Below are positions 1 through 10,171 of a stretch of DNA of 64,000 nucleotides, in pieces. The first letter of the stretch is position 1. Each line of letters starts with the position of its first letter. The notes beneath the pieces are model-generated. The model was given only the letters and a program-made list of their open reading frames with translations. It did no database searches and was not told where the DNA came from. The stretch is taken from contig CAWCYI010000004.1 of NCBI GenBank assembly GCA_963799845.1, positions 576,001 through 640,000 on the forward strand. Reading direction: 5' to 3'. Position numbers and translations under genes: made by a program. Origin of the DNA: an uncultured Nitrososphaerota archaeon. Its GTDB lineage: Archaea > Thermoproteota > Nitrososphaeria > Nitrososphaerales > CADDZS01.

Positions 1-172
1 TACTAGTTGAGCCTCGGGATGTTAAAGCAAGTATTCCACTTATCGCCACGACCGCGATTATTGCGACAATTACGACAATAAGAAGTGGGCTAAGTCCCCG
101 AACGGATTTCGATCGCATGTGACTGTCTCCAGTTCACCCGTCCCTGGATATATCGAAGTTCTTATGCTTCTC

Positions 173-1042
173 TCAGTGAAATAGAGCCGCGATATAAAGC
201 AGCATGAATCCAACTGCCAGCGCGAAGAATTTTCTTCCACCGAGATAAGAGGGAGCATTCACACCAATCGCAAACTTGTCAGACAATGCCTGGGAGAGCC
301 GTATCGCGGCGTAGAATGCAGCTGTCACTCCAAAAGCGTAGAAGTAAGTTGTGTCAAGCGAAATGTAATATCCCAGAGAAGTTCCGATTACGGAAGTCAG
401 CCCGAAAAACAATCCCAGAACCGGTAAATGCCACTTTGCCTTCTGAGCTAATTCGGTTCGACCTATATAGCACGTGTAGACAATGGCTATTATCGAAGAT
501 TCGAAGAATTTGTGAAGCGGATATGAAATTACGGCATTCCATCCTCCAAATGCAGTGACCAGACTTCCGGTCGTCGCAGCTGATGCGGCCGAGGCAAAAT
601 CCCAACCCTCTCCCATACCGTGTATTCCCATCACCGCGGCGACCCCTATCGGAACTAGGACTAGGGTTTTCGATTTTCCTGTAGAAATTGAAACCTGTCC
701 ATCCTCAAATTTTGAGTTTGGGACCGCGTAGTGGTCGATGATTGCAAGCGCTACAATTCCGCCAAGGAATGCGGCAATTACTGCAAAGTGCGTCGCTCCG
801 TTGAACGAAGAAAATGGGTATATGGCATAATTGACATCAAGCTGGGCTGCGTCTCCCATCGTATCAAAGAAGAACCAGAAAGTAAGTCCAACTCCTGCGG
901 CGGCTAGAATAGCTGTCTGTATCGGCTTTAGTCTGGGAATGATGAACAGAGCCAGGTAAGCGGGAATGAGAGTCCCGGCAATTATTGCTAATAGGGTAGT
1001 TCCGTAATCTATCATTTTTGGCGAAACTCGCAATTGAAACAA
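173..1042 (-). CDS. ZIP/ZupT-like divalent metal transporter
   Basis: About 8 TM segments. Motifs GIHGMGEG and PLHKFFES resemble the ZIP TM4/TM5 HxxxE metal-binding motifs. A NikR-family gene lies nearby. Confidence 0.65.
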   Translation of the reverse strand: MFQLRVSPKMIDYGTTLLAIIAGTLIPAYLALFIIPRLKPIQTAILAAAGVGLTFWFFFDTMGDAAQLDVNYAIYPFSSFNGATHFAVIAAFLGGIVALAIIDHYAVPNSKFEDGQVSISTGKSKTLVLVPIGVAAVMGIHGMGEGWDFASAASAATTGSLVTAFGGWNAVISYPLHKFFESSIIAIVYTCYIGRTELAQKAKWHLPVLGLFFGLTSVIGTSLGYYISLDTTYFYAFGVTAAFYAAIRLSQALSDKFAIGVNAPSYLGGRKFFALAVGFMLLYIAALFH

Positions 1043-1138
1043 CGTATTGAAGGTTATGGCTCAATCTGCGAACTCTGATCAAGTGGTGAACTTCGGTAAC
1101 GTATTAGAATAGAAGCGAGTTATCGTCAGGAGTGTAAA

Positions 1139-1567
1139 TTGCTCGATTCAATAATCAGCGGCAGTTGGCTGGTCACCTCTCCTAGTTTGAGTACCTCTTC
1201 GATAGATTGGGGTGACGCAGTGATGCACATTCTCATAGTTGCCCTATCTATCGCTGTGCTATCTGTATCTCTTCTTGCTTACAACAGAAGACGAAACAGG
1301 AGATACCTGTATCTTACGGTAGGGTTTCTCTTCATCTTCTTGAGTCAATTTGCAACACTGTTTGAGGTCGTATTTCTTTCTAATGCCCTAATAATAATTC
1401 CTTCGATCGGTCTTCATCTTTCTCATGTGTTTGATTTCTTGACCCTTATCTTTTTCCTGTTGGCGCTTTCCGGGTATGGACAGGAGGGAGCCCGCAAAAA
1501 GACAGTTATCGAGCCATTCTCAAGCGCTCAAAAGCAAGCACCGCTTGCTAACAAAAAGAACATCTGA
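1139..1567 (+). CDS. small 3-TM membrane protein, hypothetical
   Basis: Three hydrophobic segments with a basic loop (YNRRRNRRY). True start is probably downstream of the ORF-track start. Confidence 0.6.
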   Translation: MLDSIISGSWLVTSPSLSTSSIDWGDAVMHILIVALSIAVLSVSLLAYNRRRNRRYLYLTVGFLFIFLSQFATLFEVVFLSNALIIIPSIGLHLSHVFDFLTLIFFLLALSGYGQEGARKKTVIEPFSSAQKQAPLANKKNI

Positions 1568-1643
1568 CAATGCTTCTGAGTACATGTTCAAGCAAAATAA
1601 ATTACATAATTCACTTTTTCCGTTCTTGATGGAAAAGCTGGGT

Positions 1644-2027
1644 TCAAATAACGATCAGCTTGACGCTTTTCATCTTGTCTTCCCTCTGGAATTCTTTTGC
1701 CATCTTGGAAACACGTTTTGCATCACCTTCGACAAGGAATAGCTCGACGCAATTTGTGTGTCCAATCTTGTTGTGAATGTGCGTCTTTACGATTTCGTCA
1801 AATTCGTGTTTAACTTTTGTAATCGGAGCCTCATCGGACTCATCGTGAGTAACAACTATGATCGCATTTGCCTTCCCAGCGAGAGAGTCTTTTTCCTTGG
1901 AGTCTTCGAGCAAGAGCCGAATAACTGCTCTAACCAGTTCAGACCGACCGGTAAATCCCCCAGCGCTCTGGACCTGATCCATTTCCTTTATCATCTGTTC
2001 CGGGAATGACAAACTGACGATTGGCAA
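1644..2027 (-). CDS. NikR-family ribbon-helix-helix metal-responsive regulator
   Basis: N-terminal RHH (IVSLSFP...GFTGRSELVRAVIR) plus a NikR C-terminal domain with HIH..IGHTNC.E metal-ligand motif. Confidence 0.85.
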   Translation of the reverse strand: MPIVSLSFPEQMIKEMDQVQSAGGFTGRSELVRAVIRLLLEDSKEKDSLAGKANAIIVVTHDESDEAPITKVKHEFDEIVKTHIHNKIGHTNCVELFLVEGDAKRVSKMAKEFQREDKMKSVKLIVI

Positions 2028-2085
2028 ATCCGAATTACCTCTAATAATTAATCAATAAGATCTACCCGTTAAGTTATTAATATTT

Positions 2086-2100
2086 TGATAACTATTATCA
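2086..2100. promoter_or_regulatory. palindromic operator candidate TGATAA-CTA-TTATCA
   Basis: Perfect 6-bp inverted repeat in the AT-rich divergent promoter between the NikR-like and GYD genes. Confidence 0.45.
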
Positions 2101-2168
2101 GTATTTTCGATAAAAGCGCGAGTGAAATTGGATATGTTTATCTCATAGGATAAGAATTCCCTCATTTC

Positions 2169-2456
2169 ATGCCGACATATGTTCTGCTGTCCAAACTCAC
2201 CCCGGAAGGTCGTAAGACGATAAAGGAACGCCCAGAAAGGATAGGCGAAGTCAACAAAGAGATAGAGCGATTTGGAGCCAAGGTCACTTCTCAGCTCGCA
2301 GTATTGGGTGCCTATGACTTTGTGACAATCGTTGAAGCTCCAAGCAATGAATCGGTCGCTCGCTTGTCTGCTGAACTCGGTTCGAGAGGTACTATTGAGA
2401 TAATGACACTGCCTGCGCTTTCCGTGGACAATCTAGTCAAGAGTCTAAAGACTTGA
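2169..2456 (+). CDS. GYD domain protein
   Basis: MPTYVLL..LTPEG start and LGAYDFVTIVEAP motif; 95 aa. Confidence 0.85.
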   Translation: MPTYVLLSKLTPEGRKTIKERPERIGEVNKEIERFGAKVTSQLAVLGAYDFVTIVEAPSNESVARLSAELGSRGTIEIMTLPALSVDNLVKSLKT

Positions 2457-2681
2457 TGCCTAAAGCGAATAACAACTTTTCATTATCTTAATCAACTGTA
2501 CAAAGGCACGGAGATCCGTCCGTTTGACGTTTCGGCAGAATGGGTCACTTGTGATTAAGGCAGAGGCTTGAATTTTCCGTGGACTCTGCTTTTGCAATGA
2601 GATTCGGTTGAATTCTCGCCGAAACTCACACACCGCAAGCCGTATATTGAAAATTTCAACCGTGTTTTTCATTGACCTGTA

Positions 2682-2999
2682 ATGTCGCGCCTTCTTGCTT
2701 TCGTGGACATTTTTGTCGAATCTCCTTACATGGATGAAGTTGTTCAAGCATTACAAAAGCTCCCCAACATGGAAGAGCTCTACGAGGTAACCGGGGAGTT
2801 TGATATCGTATCCCTCGTGTCTGCTGCGGATATTGAAGAATTCAGAGACATCCTGAAGAACAGAATTATGAAGATCAAGGGAGTTAAGAGTACCGTTACT
2901 TCAGTTGTGCTGCATTCGCACAAGGGCCAACGTTTCGCGTCCAATGGAAATGTCTCGCAATCGATGAGCGCGGCGGTTCCAACTTCCAGTTTGCGTTAG
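2682..2999 (+). CDS. standalone Lrp/AsnC ligand-binding (RAM) domain protein
   Basis: LYEVTGEFDIV...IKGVKSTVTSVVL motif, no HTH. Confidence 0.8.
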   Translation: MSRLLAFVDIFVESPYMDEVVQALQKLPNMEELYEVTGEFDIVSLVSAADIEEFRDILKNRIMKIKGVKSTVTSVVLHSHKGQRFASNGNVSQSMSAAVPTSSLR

Positions 3000-3038
3000 C
3001 TCCCAGAATAAAAATTGGGTGTGCAGTACTGAAGGAAC

Positions 3039-4700
3039 TTGATTACGCTAATTCAGGTTGGAGACCTAGCACTTCTCTTTGCCGTAGTTCTATTTTCAGC
3101 GTGGTTACTAGCCCCTTACATTGTAAGGATCTATAAACGGACCCCAAGTCGTTTAGACAGGATATTCAATCCTGTTGAGAACGCGATCTACAAGATTTCC
3201 GGCGTAGACCCGAACAAGACTATGGGCTGGAAAGAGTATTTTCTTGCTGCCCTCATTCTAAACATTTGTCAGATGGCAATAGCATTTGTCATATTGATGA
3301 ATCAGAAAGTCTTGCCACTGAATCCGCAGGGTTTTCCCGGCCTAAGTTGGGACCTTGCCTTTAACACGGTTGTTTCGTTTGCGACAAACACAAATCTTCA
3401 GCATTACGCTGGTGAAGCTACGCTGTCTTACTTCAGCCAGATGACAGCAATACAATTCTTGCAATTCACGTCGGCTGCAACCGGTATTTGCTGCGGAATC
3501 GCTATGGTCAGAGGCTTTGTTGTTCATTCAAAAGATCTTGGGAACTTTTACGTAGATTTTGTAAGGTCTCTTACGAGATTGTTTGTACCGCTTTGCTTGA
3601 TTGCGGCAATAGTCTTTGTAGGCTTAGGTGTTCCGCAGACTTTGAGCGGATACACAACTGTCAAAACGATTGAAGGCGCGACCCAAAGCATACTTGTCGG
3701 ACCAGTTGCTTCACTCGTAGCAATTATGCAACTTGGTACAAACGGTGGAGGGTACTTCGGCGCAAATTCAGCTTATCCTTTTCAGAATCCAAACCCGGCT
3801 TCGGATGTGTTCGAAATTTTTCTAATGCTTCTCATTCCCACTGCGCTTTGTTTTGTATTCGGAGAATTCATCGGAAAGAAACGCGAAAGTACACCCATCA
3901 TAGTTGGCGCGTACGCCCTCTTCATGATCGATCTCGCGATTGCATTCGTCCCGACTCAGATCCTCAATGGACCGGGTCTTGAAACCAGATTCGGTGGATT
4001 CATGACGAGTTTCTGGACAGTTGTTACTACTGCGGTAACGACGGGATCGGTGAATTCATCTCTTGCTGGCAATAACCCGTTAGCAATTCTAGCTGGCTTC
4101 CTGGGAATGTTCATTCAATCAACTCCCGGCGGCAAGGGAGTCGGGCTGATGTATCTGCTGATGTATGTCATCATCACGATATTTGTCGTAGGCTTGATGT
4201 CTGGTCGAACTCCTGAGTATTTGGGGATAAAGATCAACAGTAGGGATGTCAAGCTGGTGATGATCGCGTTTCTTATTCATCCATTGATAATTATCATCCC
4301 GACAGTTATTGCGTACGCTGGGGGTTTCGTAACAGCCATAGGTTTGTCAGGTAATTCTCTTGGATTCACGCAGATTCTTTACGAATTTACCACTTCAGCA
4401 GCAAACAACGGTTCGGATTTTCTCGGAACGACCGCAAACACTCCCTTCTTCAATGTAGCGACTGCGTTAGTAATTTTCTGTGGGAGATATGGTCCTATCG
4501 CTTGTTTACTAGCAGTCGCAGGTTCTATGATCGGCAGAAAGAGAGCAACGACCGAGGCCGCGATAAAGACACATAGCTTAACGTTCTCACTGATCCTGGT
4601 TGCAAGCATTCTGATTCTAGTGGTTCTAACTTTCTTTCCGTTTCTTGCGCTTGGACCGATACTCGCCTTTCTACAGGGCCACATTAATTTCTTTACTTAG
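3039..4700 (+). CDS. kdpA: K+-transporting ATPase subunit A
   Basis: SFATNTNLQHY, LGTNGGG, GRTPEYLG and SAANNGS selectivity-filter motifs. Confidence 0.97.
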   Translation: MITLIQVGDLALLFAVVLFSAWLLAPYIVRIYKRTPSRLDRIFNPVENAIYKISGVDPNKTMGWKEYFLAALILNICQMAIAFVILMNQKVLPLNPQGFPGLSWDLAFNTVVSFATNTNLQHYAGEATLSYFSQMTAIQFLQFTSAATGICCGIAMVRGFVVHSKDLGNFYVDFVRSLTRLFVPLCLIAAIVFVGLGVPQTLSGYTTVKTIEGATQSILVGPVASLVAIMQLGTNGGGYFGANSAYPFQNPNPASDVFEIFLMLLIPTALCFVFGEFIGKKRESTPIIVGAYALFMIDLAIAFVPTQILNGPGLETRFGGFMTSFWTVVTTAVTTGSVNSSLAGNNPLAILAGFLGMFIQSTPGGKGVGLMYLLMYVIITIFVVGLMSGRTPEYLGIKINSRDVKLVMIAFLIHPLIIIIPTVIAYAGGFVTAIGLSGNSLGFTQILYEFTTSAANNGSDFLGTTANTPFFNVATALVIFCGRYGPIACLLAVAGSMIGRKRATTEAAIKTHSLTFSLILVASILILVVLTFFPFLALGPILAFLQGHINFFT

Positions 4701-4712
4701 ACGGGGAAGAAA

Positions 4713-6920
4713 ATGAGTCAAGCAACTGTCAATTCAGAAGTTCCGAAATTGAAAGAGAGCAAAAAGGAAACTCGTAGTTTCGGCGGTATGGTTCTTTCTC
4801 CGAGAGTTCTAGTCGATTCCATAGTCCGACTGAATCCGATCTCACTGCTCGCGAATCCTGTGATGTTTATCGTTGAGATTACGTTTTTCATAGTCTCTGC
4901 GATGGCGATTGATCCTCAGCTATTCTATCCCGTAGCCGCTGCTTCTGAGCGAACGTTCTACATCGAGGTCGCGATAATCCTCTTGATTACTGTTTGGTTT
5001 AGTACGCTATCTGATTCTCTAGCTGAAACGCAAGCGAGGATAACAGCAAACAGTCTTCGAACTCTCGAAACCGAAGTGATGAGTAAGAAAATCGTTACCG
5101 GGGCAGACGGGAATACGAGCCTTGTTGTAACTCCTTCAAATCAACTTCGCAAGGGCGATCTAATCTGGCTTGACAAGAACGATACCGTTCCAATCGATTC
5201 GGATGTTCTAGAAGGTATCGCAATGCTGGATGAATCCCTGCTTACTGGGGAGTCTACACCCGTAAGAAAAGCTCCCGGCGATCAACTGATCGGTGGTTCT
5301 AAGGTAATCAGCGACAGCCTTACTGCAAGAGTCAGCGTGAATCCCGGAGAAACCTACATCAACCAAATGATAAAGCTTGTAGAGTCCTCAAAAAGACCAA
5401 AGACCCCTAATGAACAGGCGGTTACGATTGTCCTTATTGGCTTGACAGCCATTTTCTCCATAATTCTCGCCGGTCTCCTAGGATTATCTGTCGCGCTCAA
5501 TCTCGGTGGAGATCTCTCCGTTCTGATCGCGCTGTACGTCTGTCTCTTACCAACTACAATCGGAGCGCTTCTTCCCGCGATAGGGCTTTCTGGGATCTCA
5601 AGGTTATACTCGAGAAAGATTGTTGCGAAATCAGGAAGAGCGATTGAAACTGCAGGCGACACTGACACCATTTTGCTCGACAAGACCGGGACAATAACTG
5701 TTGGCAACAGGCAGGCTATTGAGTTCATTCCATTTGATGGCTACAAAGAACGAGATGTGGGTGAAGCCGCTTTTCTGTCTTCGTGGCACGACGATACTCT
5801 CGAAGGCAGGAGTATTATCAGGCTCGCTTATGAGCGCGGTTTCATCCCGAGGGAAATCAACGATCTGGACCTGGCAGAGGTCTACGAGTTTTCGGCGACG
5901 ACTCGAACTAGCGGCGTGAAATTAACGAGTGGAAGTGGCTTCATGCTGCCAAAGATTGGAGACACCGGTAAAGGAAGGTATCGTCGCAAGAACGCTGACG
6001 AAGCTTTTGCGGAGTTCGTCGATTTCGATCTTAACGCGGAGAAGAAATCCTCAGACACAATTGAGATCATCAAGGGAGCCCCTGATTCGATCCGGAAGCT
6101 TGCGCTTTCTGTCCCCAGCAATTTCCAGAGTACGGTGGAAAGTATTTCGCTGGCGGGAGACACGGCGATCGCAATTGCGAGAAATCGGAATATCATCGGC
6201 GTAATCAGGCTTAGAGACGTTCTAAAACCCGACATCAAAGAGAAGATTCTCGCCGTTAAGACGATGGGGATAAGGCCAGTGATGATTACCGGAGACCAGT
6301 CACTTACAGCAAAAAGCATCGCGAATGAGGTGGGAATAGATGAGTTCGTTCCCCAGGCAAAGCCGGAAGACAAGTATGAGATCGTTCTGAGGGAACAGGA
6401 GGAATCTAGGATCGTTGCTATGATTGGCGATGGGACGAACGATGCACCCGCCTTGGCAGTAGCTGATGTGGGTCTCGCGATGAATTCAGGTACTCAAGCG
6501 GCGAAAGAGGCTGCCAACATGGTGGACATGGAATCGAACCCGGCTAAAATTATTGATGTCGTCATGCTTGGTAAACAGCTTCTGATGACTCGTGGCGCGG
6601 TCACAACTTTCAGCATAGCGAACGACGTCGCTAAGTATTTCGCGATAGTTCCCGTGTTGTTTGCCGCAATCCCCCAGCTACACACATTGAATATCCTCGG
6701 GCTTGGACTACACAGCGCGGTGCTCTCCGCTTTGATTTTCAACGCGATAATTATTCCAATGCTGATTCCACTTGCTATGAGAGGCGTTTCATTCAAGCCT
6801 TCTAATACCATGACGATTTTTCTGAAAAACACTTTCATCTACGGAGTGGGCGGGGTGATAATCCCGTTCGTGGGAATCAAACTTATCGACATTTTCCTTC
6901 AGGCAGTATTCCATGTTTAG
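4713..6920 (+). CDS. kdpB: K+-transporting P-type ATPase subunit B
   Basis: TGES, DKTGTIT, MITGD, GDGTNDAPAL and TTFSIANDVAKYF motifs. Confidence 0.97.
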   Translation: MSQATVNSEVPKLKESKKETRSFGGMVLSPRVLVDSIVRLNPISLLANPVMFIVEITFFIVSAMAIDPQLFYPVAAASERTFYIEVAIILLITVWFSTLSDSLAETQARITANSLRTLETEVMSKKIVTGADGNTSLVVTPSNQLRKGDLIWLDKNDTVPIDSDVLEGIAMLDESLLTGESTPVRKAPGDQLIGGSKVISDSLTARVSVNPGETYINQMIKLVESSKRPKTPNEQAVTIVLIGLTAIFSIILAGLLGLSVALNLGGDLSVLIALYVCLLPTTIGALLPAIGLSGISRLYSRKIVAKSGRAIETAGDTDTILLDKTGTITVGNRQAIEFIPFDGYKERDVGEAAFLSSWHDDTLEGRSIIRLAYERGFIPREINDLDLAEVYEFSATTRTSGVKLTSGSGFMLPKIGDTGKGRYRRKNADEAFAEFVDFDLNAEKKSSDTIEIIKGAPDSIRKLALSVPSNFQSTVESISLAGDTAIAIARNRNIIGVIRLRDVLKPDIKEKILAVKTMGIRPVMITGDQSLTAKSIANEVGIDEFVPQAKPEDKYEIVLREQEESRIVAMIGDGTNDAPALAVADVGLAMNSGTQAAKEAANMVDMESNPAKIIDVVMLGKQLLMTRGAVTTFSIANDVAKYFAIVPVLFAAIPQLHTLNILGLGLHSAVLSALIFNAIIIPMLIPLAMRGVSFKPSNTMTIFLKNTFIYGVGGVIIPFVGIKLIDIFLQAVFHV

Positions 6921-6949
6921 AGCAATTTGCGCAACTGAGTGGACATAAA

Positions 6950-7447
6950 ATGAGCAAGAATTTGGCAGACAATAGCGATAAGAGGAAATCCAAGATCAGG
7001 GAGCATTTGCGACCTCTCGCCGGGATAGCTGTGATATCATTACTGATCGGGGGAGTATTCTTTCCCTTCCTGATCACCGGAATCGGCCAAGTTCTTTTTC
7101 CATATCAAGCGAATGGCGAAATCGTGCATCTCAACGGTCAGGCGATCGGCTCAAACCTGATTGACAACGGTTTCACGCTCCCAATTTTCTTCCACGCGAG
7201 GCCTTCAAACGAATCGGCATCCGGTGTGGATCCAGACATCAACCTTCAAGACGCCTATAATCAGTCCATGGGTATCAGTAATTCCACTGGGATACCGGTG
7301 GCTTCACTTAATCAGATTATCAACCAGAACACTGAGGGAACTTTCTGGATCTTCGGATTTTCCTACGTCAACGTACTTCATCTGAACATTATTTTGATAC
7401 AGACGTATCCTTCCGTTTACAAGAATTATACAGTATCTGCTTCATAA
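6950..7447 (+). CDS. kdpC: K+-transporting ATPase subunit C
   Basis: FPYQANG, FFHARPS, SASGVDPDI and VNVL.LN motifs; directly follows kdpB. Confidence 0.92.
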   Translation: MSKNLADNSDKRKSKIREHLRPLAGIAVISLLIGGVFFPFLITGIGQVLFPYQANGEIVHLNGQAIGSNLIDNGFTLPIFFHARPSNESASGVDPDINLQDAYNQSMGISNSTGIPVASLNQIINQNTEGTFWIFGFSYVNVLHLNIILIQTYPSVYKNYTVSAS

Positions 7448-7479
7448 TTTGAAAAGACTGTTTTCTGAACTTCGATAAT

Positions 7480-8172
7480 CTATCTTAGTTTGCATCCTCT
7501 CCGAGCCCTTCTATCGGCCAGAAGTATCGCCAACAAAAGAAGGGGTGCACTGATCAGAACCAAAAGGGATTGCAGGCCTATCAGCCTAGTGAAATAAAGC
7601 GAAGAAATTCCTGTCGCTAGTGCGATAACTCCCGGGAGGGGGCCGCAGCAAACCATGGCTGCAAAAGTGGTAATCGCTGATGTCCATACACCGCCAACGA
7701 GACCTGCCCCCTTTGGGAGAATCGTTTTGGAATTTGGCAACGGATTGATCTTGAGGAGCGTACCAACTAGAAGAACGAGACCAAAGAGACTAAGAAAAAT
7801 TATTAGAGCATTTCCGTAGTCGAGCTCATAGGGCGAAAGCTCAAGAGAGATCGCGGTCAGCATTGAGATATTAGCACTGCCAAGACTCGAAAGTCCGGAA
7901 GCTACCTCACCTATGATGTATACAGCAAATCCGACTAGCCCTGCATATAGAGAAAGAGTAAGTAGTCTCTTTTGTTTTCCCAAGTCATACCTAGCGTAGA
8001 AATAATATGCCGCTGCTATCTCGATGCCTGCGATTAGGAAGGCGGATGCATAGCTGGCGAGGTATTCCACAAAACAGGCAGCAAGAGAAATGGCGTATTC
8101 TTGGGTATTGAGGTAGATCCAATCGGATAGCCCACCCAAAAGAAGGATCCCCATTACTGCCAAAAACGCCAA
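7480..8172 (-). CDS. multi-TM membrane protein with CCGP motif, hypothetical
   Basis: About 6 hydrophobic segments and a Cys pair. The open frame extends upstream without a canonical start, so it may be fused to the 8223-8678 ORF. Confidence 0.6.
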   Translation of the reverse strand: MAFLAVMGILLLGGLSDWIYLNTQEYAISLAACFVEYLASYASAFLIAGIEIAAAYYFYARYDLGKQKRLLTLSLYAGLVGFAVYIIGEVASGLSSLGSANISMLTAISLELSPYELDYGNALIIFLSLFGLVLLVGTLLKINPLPNSKTILPKGAGLVGGVWTSAITTFAAMVCCGPLPGVIALATGISSLYFTRLIGLQSLLVLISAPLLLLAILLADRRARRGCKLR

Positions 8173-8222
8173 GCGTCCGCCGGTAAAGACGACCGCAGAA
8201 GCGTTGTTCGAACTCCGCGTTA

Positions 8223-8678
8223 CTATAATTCGTCACTCTCCTGATCTTCAGTATCCTCGCTTGAATACTCAGGGTTTCGGCGTCGTCTGATATCCCTGAT
8301 AGTTAATGCGATGAAGACCGCGGCGACCACACCTAGACCGAGATCGATTGAAATGTCGATATAGTCAGGTCCCCCAGAGTAAGCGCCAAACGGCAGTCCG
8401 GGACATTTGGCCTCAACCTTGAGCAACGCTATTTGAAATTCAGATGAGAGATATTCACTTCCCGTTCTGCTAAGCAATAACCAAAAAGCAAGAGACGCCG
8501 CGATTATAGATAGAAGATTCTTGGCTTGAATCGCTGACCTGACCCTAAAAGAAGACCTCTTGTTCAATTCTTTGTTTTGCGCCTGCTGGGTCGGGGACGT
8601 CTTGATACCGCCACATAAGTTACACCTAAGACAAGAATTAGAACGATTAGCACGAGTTGATAATTTGAGGTTATCCAT
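8223..8678 (-). CDS. small membrane protein, hypothetical
   Basis: Two hydrophobic segments. Start uncertain because it overlaps the upstream gene. Confidence 0.45.
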   Translation of the reverse strand: MDNLKLSTRANRSNSCLRCNLCGGIKTSPTQQAQNKELNKRSSFRVRSAIQAKNLLSIIAASLAFWLLLSRTGSEYLSSEFQIALLKVEAKCPGLPFGAYSGGPDYIDISIDLGLGVVAAVFIALTIRDIRRRRNPEYSSEDTEDQESDEL

Positions 8679-10060
8679 CCGATAACGCTAAACTGTCCCT
8701 TAACTGAAATAAATGCGATGCCAACACTCGAAGAATTTTGAGAGCTCGCTACTATTCCTATTGAATAAGTGCCAGACTGCAAAGACGCACTTGGGGTTAT
8801 CTTTGCGGTAATTGCCGCTTCACCATTGGCGGGCAAGTTGATGCTTGAAGAATTCAGTGAGATTTGTTGGCTGGAAGTAAGTCCGCTGTAAGAAAAAGAG
8901 CTAGTGGTGTTCAGCGTCACCGACTGCGGAACTGAGAGAGAGTTGCTGACCGTCACTTCCGCATCAATGCTATTGCCTGAAGAGACAGTACTGCCTTGAG
9001 TGAGTTGCACTGTCGTCTGCAACGGAGAAGAGGCGTTCGACGGAACCTCACCAATCTCATTAGCACCAAACTCGGTAAACCAGAAATTCCCCTGCGAATC
9101 CAGAGCATTCAAGACTGAGTAAGCGGGTTGCGAGCTGGGAATCTGGAACTCCTGCATAATTCCGGTCGTAGGATCTAGGCGCCCCACTTTGTTTGCAAAG
9201 TGCTCTACGAACCACAACCTACCCTGCTCATCAATGGCGAGGGTAGCAACCGCGGATATTGCATATCCGTTGTTAGGCACTGAGGTTGGATAGGATCTAA
9301 AAGTAGAATTTGAAGGGACAAGCTCAACTACCGCACTACCTCCATGCTCAGATACCCAGACATCGCCAGTGCTATCGACAACTATGCCAACGGGAGACTT
9401 GAGGGAAACTGAGGTAGGTGGCGAGAATTCATCAAAGGTGTGCGTTTGTAAGTTGAAGCGAGCAATTTTCCCGGCGTAAGTCTCGGTTACCCAGATGACA
9501 GATTCATTTTGCCCAAAGGTAATCTCGACAGGGCCCGAATTCGAGGTCGGAAGCGTGTATTCAGTCATTTTGTAATTGGGATAAGATAACTCTGTCAACT
9601 TGTTTGCGGTACTTTCTGTGAACCAGATATCATTTTGATCGTCCGCGAGCAAGAAAAGAGGAGTAGACTTTGGCGTCAGAGTATCGAACTGGGTAAAGTC
9701 ATCAGTTTTAGGATCAAACATCCAAATGCTACCACTCCCACTTTGGTCGGAGAACCAGATCCTTCCGAGACCGTCCATTGCGAGTGAAGAAGGAATTGAA
9801 TGATTTTCGGGGATTGAAAATTCTTTGAAGGAATCGTTTTGAGCGAAAAACTCTCCCAATTTGTCTGCCGTGAACTCCACAAACCAGAACGTATCATTTG
9901 GCGCAGAGATTATTGCATTGGGTCCGGAATTAGCGGTGGGGATCATGAAAAGCTTGATTTGACTCATAGGCTGCAGAGCGGTTGCAGCATTAGTGTTGTC
10001 TGAATAACCAGTGCTTTGAGGTCGTGTCGAATTAAGTAACGCAATCTCTGGGACAATCAT
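8564..10060 (-). CDS. Vgb (virginiamycin B lyase)-like beta-propeller surface protein with Ig-like domain and C-terminal TM anchor
   Basis: Repeated D..G.(I/L/V)WF.E blades and a C-terminal hydrophobic segment with basic tail. A signal-like stretch upstream lacks an in-frame start; possible start at ATG 10131 with a homopolymer indel. Confidence 0.8.
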   Translation of the reverse strand: MIVPEIALLNSTRPQSTGYSDNTNAATALQPMSQIKLFMIPTANSGPNAIISAPNDTFWFVEFTADKLGEFFAQNDSFKEFSIPENHSIPSSLAMDGLGRIWFSDQSGSGSIWMFDPKTDDFTQFDTLTPKSTPLFLLADDQNDIWFTESTANKLTELSYPNYKMTEYTLPTSNSGPVEITFGQNESVIWVTETYAGKIARFNLQTHTFDEFSPPTSVSLKSPVGIVVDSTGDVWVSEHGGSAVVELVPSNSTFRSYPTSVPNNGYAISAVATLAIDEQGRLWFVEHFANKVGRLDPTTGIMQEFQIPSSQPAYSVLNALDSQGNFWFTEFGANEIGEVPSNASSPLQTTVQLTQGSTVSSGNSIDAEVTVSNSLSVPQSVTLNTTSSFSYSGLTSSQQISLNSSSINLPANGEAAITAKITPSASLQSGTYSIGIVASSQNSSSVGIAFISVKGQFSVIGWITSNYQLVLIVLILVLGVTYVAVSRRPRPSRRKTKN

Positions 10061-10171
10061 AAGGGTACAAATGAGAATTGCAACAAGCGTCCGAAATTTG
10101 CCGATTCCACGAAATTTTCTATTCGTGCCATGACTCCTGATACTCGTGGAATGGCCAGCTCCCGCAAGAGT

